This document shows positions 56,801 through 64,000 of a stretch of DNA of 64,000 bases, piece after piece. The stretch spans positions 789,857-853,856 of the forward strand of contig BOKM01000001.1 in NCBI GenBank assembly GCA_016860985.1, in the 5' to 3' direction. Position 1 is the stretch's first letter, and every line of letters begins with the position of its first letter. This DNA comes from Patescibacteria group bacterium. Lineage in GTDB: Bacteria > Patescibacteriota > Dojkabacteria > GCA-002793355. The notes beneath the pieces are model-generated. The model was not told where the DNA came from. It saw only the letters and a program-made list of their open reading frames with translations, and ran no database searches. The position numbers were made by a program, and so were the translations under genes.

Positions 56801-57199
56801 TTTGTTTTTGGACCTTCGGCCTCGCTTACCATTAATGATACTCCAAGCGATATTCGAACCCCAGCAGGTGATGGAAAGGGACAACCAAACCCAGACAAAT
56901 TTGAAGCTGCAGTTGTAGCTATGAATGGTGCAACGGTTCAAACAACCAAAGGTGCTCGAGGCGCAACTACAAAGAGTACCGATAGACTCGAATTCCGAGG
57001 GTGGGTATACAGCGCAAATACAACGCCAATCTTTAAACGAGATTTGGCACCGGTTGATAACAAACGATATCCTGCAGAATGGATAATCTATGATGCATCA
57101 CTTCTTGATGTGTTGCGTCCGATTGTAGGTATTGAAAAAACGGTTGATTTGTTGTGCGGTACTACAACACACCCACTTTGTGGTAATACGACAAACTAA
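53882..57199 (+). CDS. very large (1105 aa) secreted Cys/Gly/Asn-rich protein (adhesin/surface-protein candidate)
   Basis: Signal peptide VSA-LE; Cys-rich N-terminus; in-frame G9 run; no catalytic motifs. Confidence 0.5.
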   Translation: MMHVNKKFFALLFVIGVFLSSILFSVVSPVSALECKKYGSVCGFTGWSSNPKPCSQGDSGAKYLCCFWTNYPGTNCASVGPSKCACGNSYYVCGGGGGGGGGNPTPTPCSCSPRGCNPGRPTTKFMTTSVGNGTGKSCNDPCNPSTYNCDPVSVNTKPSCSIAPASISMTREDNPRQINFTAVDADYGDTVQITKVKVVDTAGNLKSCVNVNTLGGGGIENLTVKAGSNNAGATSQTTGLLVDARSAHGVYDNVGGQSICSGFIDIEIRDVDSDGGGPDVSDFASCRVAISVTNQAPTLSDVKIIDQDVMTTVRDSGNNGNLLDGRGQVNMGSPLTTQSKARASVCAEPLAILDPIKCPGGGERYEAGMSSRRNPIQVEFTVKDANGLDDILQAGLWIQRTAQDANDIALPLANVGSKIRNSIQVMYSEKRDEQVVAGVNRWNLVSRACLTPPCGPTSLQSSSNQIFSALAHIPALGAYVGQNGVIKHGDTQWASQKSWHSEGFPDCLFKPSGCANTNVPDNAKTQATAAVNTLANYEWAVAADQNHLICFANNSLVPSVITSSIPTTCPVTCAACAKKEGVELVAGDPTAMRFKFGIYFNDLDGGQGMPEGSYSIFVSALDKVAAPLYSVTGKGADGWLKFNRNGAPCTGANCAAGTGFTLLYDSTPPSIDSNIGWTSTSGTVEANVKFTDGSGSGIGGVTNMFMVRQEMLDGEPLGDRQWATNSNGQPFNGMNERQNLASSAVTYKLVGTGLQGGEDIVTGLCAYDRAGNMTCGRNGTPYVFLAPWLKTSYGDIFSAKGGATPFAQTLPNNDATVKDNTRNLYAPFTEQMFTVGTGLLMTGGVSGQGIGISGGYVINPTTNAQIGFKNYYRTGASSYNVFGHTPFLVGNEFERLRAIGISNCSYLNTINNTNCQTNGSIDSIGAAPYNMIYVESATVTNLICKNANVIFVTGALTVNGSITKDTTTQSGCMFVFGPSASLTINDTPSDIRTPAGDGKGQPNPDKFEAAVVAMNGATVQTTKGARGATTKSTDRLEFRGWVYSANTTPIFKRDLAPVDNKRYPAEWIIYDASLLDVLRPIVGIEKTVDLLCGTTTHPLCGNTTN

Positions 57200-57231
57200 C
57201 GACTTTCATTTTTACAGGGTACAATACGAGT

Positions 57232-60200
57232 ATGGTAGATTTATCAACACTCAATAACGCTCAAAGAGAAGCGGTCGAAACACTTGATGGTCCCTTACTG
57301 ATTGTTGCGGGGCCTGGTACTGGAAAAACAACAGTGTTGACGTACCGAATTGCACATATCCTCTCTTCTACCGATACAAAACCAGAATCTATTCTCGCAA
57401 TGACTTTTACAGAAGCCGGCGTGTTTGCAATGAGGCGTAAATTGTACGAGCTCATTGGCGCAACTGCCTACAACGTAGAAATTACAACTATTCACGGGTT
57501 TTGCAATGCAGTGATTCAAGAGTTCGGCGAATACTTTACCCACCTTCAAGGGTTTACAGCAGTTACAGACATTGAGCAGATTAAGTTCATGCAAGAAATA
57601 TTGGAAGATGTTGCTTTTGCACAACTAGCACCGGTTCAAGCAAAAGATACTAATATTCCTGCCTTGAGAGGAATCGTTTCTACTATGAAGCGCGAGTATA
57701 TTACAAACGAGAAGTTCCAAGAAGCAATCGCGTATGAAGTGCAACAACTTGAATCGATGGAAAAGTATGTAACACGTGGGGCGAACAAAGGTAAAAAAAT
57801 CCGAGAAGAATATCATCAGCAAGAAAAAAAGATTGCAAAATTCAAAGAAGTACTCCTCTTTTTTGAGGCGTACCAACAAATGCTCCATAAAAAGAAGCGT
57901 TACGATTACGAAGATATGATTCTTTTTGTACTTGAAGAGTTGAAAAAAAACGACGAACTAAGAGCCACTTTACAGGAGAAATATCAATACTTAATGATGG
58001 ATGAGTATCAAGACACTAATGATGCGCAAAACACCCTCCTCTTTACGCTTGCGGAGTACTGGGGGGCGGAAGCCAACATCTTTGCTGTTGGTGACGATGA
58101 TCAAGCAATATTTCGATTTCAAGGAGCATCTGTCAAGAATATTGTTGATTATTTAGGAAAGTATCCGCATGCAAAGGTCATTACGCTTATTGATAACTAT
58201 CGCTCTCAGCAAAAGGTCCTTGATGCCTCTCGCGATTTTATTCGTACAAACACAAAATCATTAGAAAAGACGCTCGGTACAATCGATAAATCACTTAAGT
58301 CGCATGCCCTTCACCCAACACGTAAAGTTCGTTTAGCCAAGTTTCATCGTGGCGAAGCGGAAAATCTATTTGTGGCAGATAAAATTAGGCAACTCGCAGG
58401 TAAAGACAAAAAATACGAGAATATTGCAGTGCTTGTAAGAAACAATGCTGATATGGATCCTCTTGTCGATATGTTGCAACGAAAGCGAATACCGTACGTT
58501 CGGCGTGCAGGCGATAACGCTCTCGAGAGTATGTATGTAAAGCAGTTACTCGATATGGTTAAATTGGTGACTGTTATTGGAACAAACGAAGTTAATGACC
58601 TTCTTCTTGTTAAGATTCTGCATTTTCCCTACTTGGAGATTCCTAAACTCGATTTGTTGAAAATCGGACGTGCATACCCTGAAAAGCGCATCTCTACTCT
58701 TTGGGAATATATTGCAGGTGGTGATAAAAATATTGATTTCTCTGAACTTGGCATAACATCAACGGGGAAAGAAAAGATTCTTGCCTTTTTTGACAAGGTG
58801 GTAACGTGGTATACCCTCTCCTATCGTGAACCGCTTGCAAAAATGTTGGAGCTGTTCATGCATGAGTCAGGATTGTTAAACTTTGTTCTTGCAGAAAAGC
58901 ATAAGATTAAGCACCTTAACTCACTCAATTCCTTTTTTGCCGAAGTAAAAGCGCTCAATATTAGTGAGCCCGATATGACACTAACCGAGTTCCTGCAGTC
59001 TATTGAGCTTATGTATCAGTTCAATATTGCTATAAATGAAAAAGATCTTGGTGTGCAAGAAAAAGGGGTTCAATTGATGACTGCGCATTCGTCAAAAGGG
59101 CTTGAATTTGATTATGTATTTATTCCTCAGCTTATTCACGGAAAGTGGGACAATAAAACAGTCCGACGCGGGTTAGGGTTACCAAGTATGCTAGAAGGTG
59201 GAGAGGATAAACTAGATGCGTTAGAAGAAGATAGAAGGCTACTTTATGTTGCACTTACCCGTGCAAGAAAGAAAGTGTACGTGAGCTATGCTGATGTCTA
59301 TGCTTCACGTTTTGGTAAAGATTCTGAAGCTCATAAATCACAATTTATTGATGAGATTCCAAAGCATCATATATACAGATTGAAGGTAAAAAAATATACA
59401 CAACTGGTGCAAGAACATGTGGCGGAATTACTTGCGGCACGGCCTTACAACACAGTTTACATCAATTCGGTCGACGAAAGAGATGTGATTAAAAGCATTG
59501 TCAATCGTTTTGATTTGCACCCAACGGGGCTTAATAACTACCTCGCCTGCCCTATGCAATTCCTACTCGGCAATTTACTTCGAATTCCATCTGCAATTAC
59601 TCCGGCACTTGCTTATGGAAATGCCTATCATGAGGCGTTAGAAAAGCTATATAGGAATATAAAGGTAGAAGGGAAACCTTTAGAGTATGCGTCGTTCTAC
59701 TCCTTGTTTGAAGAAAAATTGATGAGATATCCGCTCCGTACATCGCAAAAGCTCAAGCTGCTTGAAAAAGGAAAGAAAAATCTTCAGCTCTACTACACGC
59801 ACTATGAAAATGATTTTCCAGTACCAGTTAAAACCGAGCATAAACTACTTGGAGTAATTTCGGGTGCACGATTAAAGGGGCGTGTCGACAGAATTGACTA
59901 CCTTGACAAGGAGCGAAAGCAATTAAAAGTGATTGATTATAAGACCGGGAAGCCAATAGGTGTGAATGCTTTTAAAGGGCTACGTCCCTCTGGTGTGTTT
60001 AACAAATATGACTATGAGAAAGCAAAGGCGCAACGATATTACAATCAACTCCTTTTTTATAAAGTTGTGGCAGATTTAGACTGGTGGGTTACGAGTAATA
60101 ATGCCGAAGTTGTAGAAGGTTCACTCTTTTTTGTAGACCCAGACCACGAGCAATTTCTAGAGCGTTCTGTGGTATATCAGCCAGAAGAAGTTGAAGAGAT

Positions 60201-60312
60201 GAAAGATTTGATTATTACAACCTGGAACAAAATTCAGAATTTGGAGTTTCCTCGAGTTCATGGACCGCAAGATAAATGTGAGTACTGTGCAATCGGTGAG
60301 CAAAATGAGTAG
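57232..60312 (+). CDS. UvrD/PcrA-family SF1 helicase fused to C-terminal RecB-family PD-(D/E)xK nuclease with Cys cluster (AddA/Cas4-like)
   Basis: Walker A AGPGTGKTT, motif II MDEYQDTN, motif IV DNYRSQ; C-terminal VIDYKTGKP nuclease motif and CEYC cysteines. Confidence 0.75.
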   Translation: MVDLSTLNNAQREAVETLDGPLLIVAGPGTGKTTVLTYRIAHILSSTDTKPESILAMTFTEAGVFAMRRKLYELIGATAYNVEITTIHGFCNAVIQEFGEYFTHLQGFTAVTDIEQIKFMQEILEDVAFAQLAPVQAKDTNIPALRGIVSTMKREYITNEKFQEAIAYEVQQLESMEKYVTRGANKGKKIREEYHQQEKKIAKFKEVLLFFEAYQQMLHKKKRYDYEDMILFVLEELKKNDELRATLQEKYQYLMMDEYQDTNDAQNTLLFTLAEYWGAEANIFAVGDDDQAIFRFQGASVKNIVDYLGKYPHAKVITLIDNYRSQQKVLDASRDFIRTNTKSLEKTLGTIDKSLKSHALHPTRKVRLAKFHRGEAENLFVADKIRQLAGKDKKYENIAVLVRNNADMDPLVDMLQRKRIPYVRRAGDNALESMYVKQLLDMVKLVTVIGTNEVNDLLLVKILHFPYLEIPKLDLLKIGRAYPEKRISTLWEYIAGGDKNIDFSELGITSTGKEKILAFFDKVVTWYTLSYREPLAKMLELFMHESGLLNFVLAEKHKIKHLNSLNSFFAEVKALNISEPDMTLTEFLQSIELMYQFNIAINEKDLGVQEKGVQLMTAHSSKGLEFDYVFIPQLIHGKWDNKTVRRGLGLPSMLEGGEDKLDALEEDRRLLYVALTRARKKVYVSYADVYASRFGKDSEAHKSQFIDEIPKHHIYRLKVKKYTQLVQEHVAELLAARPYNTVYINSVDERDVIKSIVNRFDLHPTGLNNYLACPMQFLLGNLLRIPSAITPALAYGNAYHEALEKLYRNIKVEGKPLEYASFYSLFEEKLMRYPLRTSQKLKLLEKGKKNLQLYYTHYENDFPVPVKTEHKLLGVISGARLKGRVDRIDYLDKERKQLKVIDYKTGKPIGVNAFKGLRPSGVFNKYDYEKAKAQRYYNQLLFYKVVADLDWWVTSNNAEVVEGSLFFVDPDHEQFLERSVVYQPEEVEEMKDLIITTWNKIQNLEFPRVHGPQDKCEYCAIGEQNE

Positions 60313-60317
60313 CATTT

Positions 60318-61451
60318 ATGCTACTATGTGTCATGATGAACGAAGCGGAACAAACAGCACAGCCAATGCAAAATGGCCAACAAGTTGTATATCAGGTAGT
60401 CGAGCGTAAAAAATCTCCTTGGAGAGCATTTTGGCTCCTTCTTACTGCTTTCTTTCTTGTGTGTGGATTGTGTGGAATTGTACCAATTGTGCTTCTCAGC
60501 ATGACTGATTCTACTGGAACAGCATCTGTAAACACAGGGGAATATCAATTCGTTCGAGGAAAAGAAGAGAGTAAAAATGAACTCCTTGCAATTTATATCG
60601 ATCAACCAATTCTTACCTCTTCCCAAGAATATTCTGATGATGTGCTCTCTTCTCTGCTTGTTGGGCAGTATGTCTTTGGGTACGAAATCAAAGATGAACT
60701 AATGAAAGCAGCCACAGAAGAGTCGGTAAAAGGTGTGGTGTTCTTTATTAACTCTCCGGGAGGAACTATTGTTGGTGCACGAGCTATTGCAGACGGAGTA
60801 TCTTACTATCGCGAAATGACAGGAAAACCAGTGTATGCTTATGTCGAAGATATGGCAGCATCTGGGGCGTACTGGGCAGCTGCCTCAGCAGATAAAATCT
60901 ACGCCGAAAAAGGGAGCTTAACAGGCAGTATTGGAGTCATTTTTGGCCCATTTGAGTATTACGATAAATTAGTAACTCTTGGTGGGGTTGGGACCGCAAA
61001 TGGTATATCAATCAATTATATTACTGGTGGAAAGTATAAAGACCTTGGTAATCCGACTCGCAAAATTACTACCGAAGAGCTTGCAATTTTGCAAAAAGGA
61101 ATTGACTCCGAATATAAAGGGTTTACTGAATATGTATCGCAACGAAGGAGTATCCCTGTCGATACAATAACTAATGATATTAAAGCACTCGTGTATGGTG
61201 CCGAAGAAGCACGTTCGTATGGACTAGTTGATGAAATTGGTAATCGAGAAGATGTGCTCAAAGCGCTTTCTACTGCAGCCGGTGTGGGAGACGATTACAA
61301 ACTTGTAAAAATCGGTACGCAAACATCGTTATTTGGATCTTTGTTTGCAAAAATAACGGCACCAAACTATTCAGTATCCGATGCTCCTGCTCGTCAGTGT
61401 GCTTTGTGTGGAAGACCATTGTATTTTTACGGAAACCCACTAGATTACTAA
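60318..61451 (+). CDS. sppA: signal peptide peptidase SppA (S49 family, 36K type)
   Basis: N-terminal TM; S49 motifs MAASGAYWAAASADKIYAEKGSLTGSIGV. Confidence 0.75.
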   Translation: MLLCVMMNEAEQTAQPMQNGQQVVYQVVERKKSPWRAFWLLLTAFFLVCGLCGIVPIVLLSMTDSTGTASVNTGEYQFVRGKEESKNELLAIYIDQPILTSSQEYSDDVLSSLLVGQYVFGYEIKDELMKAATEESVKGVVFFINSPGGTIVGARAIADGVSYYREMTGKPVYAYVEDMAASGAYWAAASADKIYAEKGSLTGSIGVIFGPFEYYDKLVTLGGVGTANGISINYITGGKYKDLGNPTRKITTEELAILQKGIDSEYKGFTEYVSQRRSIPVDTITNDIKALVYGAEEARSYGLVDEIGNREDVLKALSTAAGVGDDYKLVKIGTQTSLFGSLFAKITAPNYSVSDAPARQCALCGRPLYFYGNPLDY

Positions 61452-61456
61452 AAAGT

Positions 61457-62101
61457 ATGAACGGAATGGCGCCATTGCAGGATATTTCTGAAGAAGAACT
61501 CTCTTTGCGGCACGCAGCGTTAAAACAAATCAAAGATGATTTACTCACTAATTCTGCTGCCCCTTTGTGGGAATACCGAAAAACGAACAATTTTCACCCA
61601 GTTATTGGTGAAGGTTCGCATGCAGCCAAGATAATGTTTGTTGGCGAAGCTCCCGGTGAAAACGAAGCAAAACAAGGGAGACCGTTTTGCGGGGCAGCGG
61701 GTAAATTCCTTGATGTGTTGTTGGAGCATTTAAGACTTGATAGAAAGCAGGTGTATATTACGAACATTGTTAAAGATAGACCGCCAAATAACAGAGATCC
61801 GCTTCCTCAGGAAATAGATTTTTATAGTGGGTATCTTGATAAACAGATTGAAATCATCAAGCCTACTTGCGTGGTTACGTTAGGTAGATTCTCAATGGGA
61901 TATTTACTTCCCAAGTGTGGTTTGGAGTCAGAGCTTACGGCCATAAGTAAACTACACGGTAAGTGTTTTAATGGGGTATTTGGTGACCAATCTCTTTCTA
62001 TTGTCACGCTGTATCACCCCGCGGTTGCACTCTATAACGGATCAATGCGACAAGTACTCCTGAAAGATGCTGAAGTATTGCTTACTCTCTTATCGAGTTG
62101 A
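61457..62101 (+). CDS. family 4 uracil-DNA glycosylase (longest ORF starts at 61397 and overlaps sppA; the internal ATG at 61457 is the likelier start)
   Basis: GEAPGENEAKQGRPFCGAAGKFL family-4 UDG motif. Confidence 0.75.
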   Translation: MNGMAPLQDISEEELSLRHAALKQIKDDLLTNSAAPLWEYRKTNNFHPVIGEGSHAAKIMFVGEAPGENEAKQGRPFCGAAGKFLDVLLEHLRLDRKQVYITNIVKDRPPNNRDPLPQEIDFYSGYLDKQIEIIKPTCVVTLGRFSMGYLLPKCGLESELTAISKLHGKCFNGVFGDQSLSIVTLYHPAVALYNGSMRQVLLKDAEVLLTLLSS

Positions 62102-62134
62102 GCACTATCATAGATACTGTGCTACCATACCCTT

Positions 62135-63205
62135 ATGACAACTGCACTTATCATCATTATTTTTGTACTATTAGCGGTACTTGCCTACTTACTTTCCCGA
62201 GTCACCACTCTATCGACGAAAAACAACGAAATCCAAAAGGTTTTGGAAGAAAACATTCGTACTCTCGATGATCGTATAGAAAGGCGTTTGAACGACGTTA
62301 AAGAACATGTTTCTTTGCGGGTAAATGAAAATCTTCGATTTAGCCAATCTTCTACGAAAGAAGTGAATGATCGTTTATCAACTGCAAGCAAAGTTATCGG
62401 AGATTTGCGTGAACGCATTACTGCCTTTGAAGAAGGTTCAAAAAAGATTACCGATTTGGGAAAAAGTATTGGGGATTTAACCAATGTATTTAAAGCTCAA
62501 AAAATGAGAGGTGGTTGGGGTGAAGAATCGCTGGAATCACTCCTTATCGAGTTCATGCCAAAAGATGTGCTCGAATTCCAGTATAAATATCGAACAGGCG
62601 ACGTAATTGTTGATGCAATTGTCAAATTTAATGACTCCTTCTTACCCATAGACTCAAAGTTCCCACTTGAAAATTTTATACGTTTAAACGAAGCAAAAAC
62701 CGACGAAGAAAAAACAGCGATTAAAAAAGCACTCAAGAAAGATATCGAAAAGCACGTAAACGATATTGCTTCTAAGTATATATCCAAAGAAGATAAGTCT
62801 CTTGATGTGGCATTTATGTATATTCCTGCAGAAAACATTTATTACGAAACGGTCATTCGTGATGATGAAGATCTCAACATTAAGCGATACTGTTTCGACA
62901 AACATGTGGTCCCAGTTTCTCCAAGTACGTTGTATGCTTATATCCAAATTGTGCTTCTGGGTATGAAGGGCATGCAAGTCAGTAAAAAGGCAAAAGAGAT
63001 ATTAGACTCGATTAAAACAATGGAAGCTGAATACGGGCGGGTTTTGGAATCGTACGCGGTAATTGGAAACCATCTTACTCATGCCCAACAAAAATATGCA
63101 GAAACCGATAAGTATCTTTCAAAGTTTGGAAACAGATTGCAGGGTACAATTGCTATTACCGATGTCGATTCAGATAATACTACTGGTCTTCCCAGTGCGA
63201 GCTAA
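62135..63205 (+). CDS. rmuC: DNA recombination protein RmuC-like
   Basis: N-terminal TM, long coiled-coil, C-terminal LDVAFMYIPAENIYYETV matching the RmuC core. Confidence 0.55.
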   Translation: MTTALIIIIFVLLAVLAYLLSRVTTLSTKNNEIQKVLEENIRTLDDRIERRLNDVKEHVSLRVNENLRFSQSSTKEVNDRLSTASKVIGDLRERITAFEEGSKKITDLGKSIGDLTNVFKAQKMRGGWGEESLESLLIEFMPKDVLEFQYKYRTGDVIVDAIVKFNDSFLPIDSKFPLENFIRLNEAKTDEEKTAIKKALKKDIEKHVNDIASKYISKEDKSLDVAFMYIPAENIYYETVIRDDEDLNIKRYCFDKHVVPVSPSTLYAYIQIVLLGMKGMQVSKKAKEILDSIKTMEAEYGRVLESYAVIGNHLTHAQQKYAETDKYLSKFGNRLQGTIAITDVDSDNTTGLPSAS

Positions 63206-63590
63206 GCACATTTAAATAAAGATCAAACAAATCTGTGTTGCTCATTTCTGGATGTCGATCTTCTGCTCCATGTCTAAGGATTACTAATCCACTTCCATTT
63301 AGAGTTATAAGCGCTTCGGTGTAGATGTCAAGTGCACTTTCTGCCCCAAATGCTCGGTGATGATGCGAACGAAAATTCATTAAGTCTGCATTGCTATCAA
63401 ACGCAAGAAACCCAATAGCAGAAGTCGTTAGGCGGTATGTTTGCCAACCTTCAAAATCGAGGGCGGGATTTACTCCTTCAATCTGAGGCTGAGAGTCTGC
63501 CATGGCCATAACGGTAACCGGATCCTCGTCACTAAAGATTTTTATCTTCATTCCCTCAAAGGTTCGTTCTATAAATCCTTTTGCTTCCAT
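63180..63590 (-). CDS. hypothetical protein (136 aa)
   Basis: ORF only; a C-terminal RHG tripeptide is not in a position consistent with histidine phosphatases. Confidence 0.3.
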   Translation of the reverse strand: MEAKGFIERTFEGMKIKIFSDEDPVTVMAMADSQPQIEGVNPALDFEGWQTYRLTTSAIGFLAFDSNADLMNFRSHHHRAFGAESALDIYTEALITLNGSGLVILRHGAEDRHPEMSNTDLFDLYLNVLSSHWEDQ

Positions 63591-63628
63591 TCTCGTTTTT
63601 TTTATTTAGGTACGGTATTATACCCTTA

Positions 63629-64000
63629 ATGAAGACTGCCCTCGAACTATTTTTGCTTACGCGCATCCCCGAGGGTTTTCATGTTGTAAAAAAAGTACTT
63701 GATATTACGCAAGAACAGCGTGATCCTGACAGCATAGCAGACGATTTTATCCGATTTTTGTTTATAGATTTTCATGTCATACAGGAAAGAGGCAAGTACT
63801 TACTTCACTCGACAAGTTGGAGATTTGAGGACCCTAGAAGCATAATTCTTACGTACTTGGCATATTCTGACCGTTTTTCTTTTGCTCACTTATCGCCCTA
63901 TCGACTTCTAGATACCGAATTGCACATCGAGCATTCGACAAATCCAGAAAAACCTAGGCCCTCGAATATTAGTGAGAAGGCAGTTGTTTCGCACGGAATA
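63629..64000 (+). CDS. hypothetical protein, 5' partial at window edge (at least 124 aa, runs off the end)
   Basis: Open frame from ATG 63629 to the window end; absent from the ORF track presumably because it has no in-window stop. Confidence 0.3.
   Translation, partial: MKTALELFLLTRIPEGFHVVKKVLDITQEQRDPDSIADDFIRFLFIDFHVIQERGKYLLHSTSWRFEDPRSIILTYLAYSDRFSFAHLSPYRLLDTELHIEHSTNPEKPRPSNISEKAVVSHGI

Noticed and set aside
63180-63590. Histidine-phosphatase (RHG) call for the 136-aa minus-strand ORF based on LVILRHGAED
   Set aside because: The RHG motif lies at the extreme C-terminus, whereas histidine phosphatases have it near the N-terminus. It is most likely coincidental, and the protein is left as hypothetical.
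1-64000. Alternative genetic code (UGA recoded as Gly or Trp, as in some CPR lineages), suggested by the in-frame TGA at 6823
   Set aside because: Many long, domain-complete genes (hsdM, the 1019-aa hsdR, the 1026-aa helicase, the 1105-aa surface protein) are intact under the standard code. Several of them terminate at TGA, for example hsdM at 12361-12363 and the membrane protein at 1170-1172.
1-64000. CRISPR arrays, rRNA or tRNA genes
   Set aside because: No regularly spaced direct repeats of CRISPR type were seen. No rRNA-like conserved blocks. I could not find a convincing tRNA cloverleaf or GTTCGAATC-type T-arm in the intergenic regions, and a tRNAscan run would be needed to be certain.

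Overview
AT-rich bacterial window, densely coded, with very short intergenic gaps, many overlapping start/stop junctions and several apparently leaderless promoters. Gene content suggests a Gram-positive-type or CPR/Saccharibacteria-like organism: a sortase, many glycosyltransferases, a T4SS with VirB2-like pilins, and efp/epmA. The standard genetic code is in use, since TGA, TAA and TAG all end long intact ORFs.

Layout, left to right:
1. 1-10.5 kb: a mobile-element-like block. It holds a PIG-L deacetylase, a replication-relaxation family protein, a stand-alone receiver, DUF2958 and a GC-rich orphan gene. These are followed by a compact type IV secretion/conjugation-like operon: two VirB2-like pilins (the second fused to a VirB6-like polytopic domain), a VirB3-like protein, a VirB4 ATPase split into two ORFs, and an M23 peptidase.
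2. 10.6-21.9 kb: one tightly packed plus-strand operon. It runs HTH, hsdM, a 733-aa ABC/SMC-like ATPase translationally coupled between hsdM and hsdS, hsdS (with a 12-bp tandem repeat in its central region), hsdR, a coiled-coil PD-(D/E)xK protein, a HARE-HTH/Mrr-like nuclease, an SDR and an XRE regulator.
3. 21.9-23.4 kb: a convergent three-gene module: a 259-aa unknown, an HKD/PLD nuclease and an 80-aa protein.
4. Housekeeping: epmA-efp, lysS, sppA, a family-4 UDG and rmuC.
5. A two-component operon with an embedded PaaK-like adenylate-forming enzyme.
6. Two separate lipid-linked-sugar glycosylation clusters (GT2, GT4 and GT-C-like membrane proteins).
7. An ECF sigma / anti-sigma-like module.
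8. A sortase with a Thr-Pro-repeat surface protein, a 1105-aa Cys-rich secreted protein, and a UvrD-like helicase fused to a RecB/Cas4-like nuclease domain.

The most unusual candidate is the accessory defence content wrapped around the Type I RM system, above all the 733-aa degenerate-Walker-A ABC ATPase between hsdM and hsdS. I found no rRNA, tRNA or CRISPR array.
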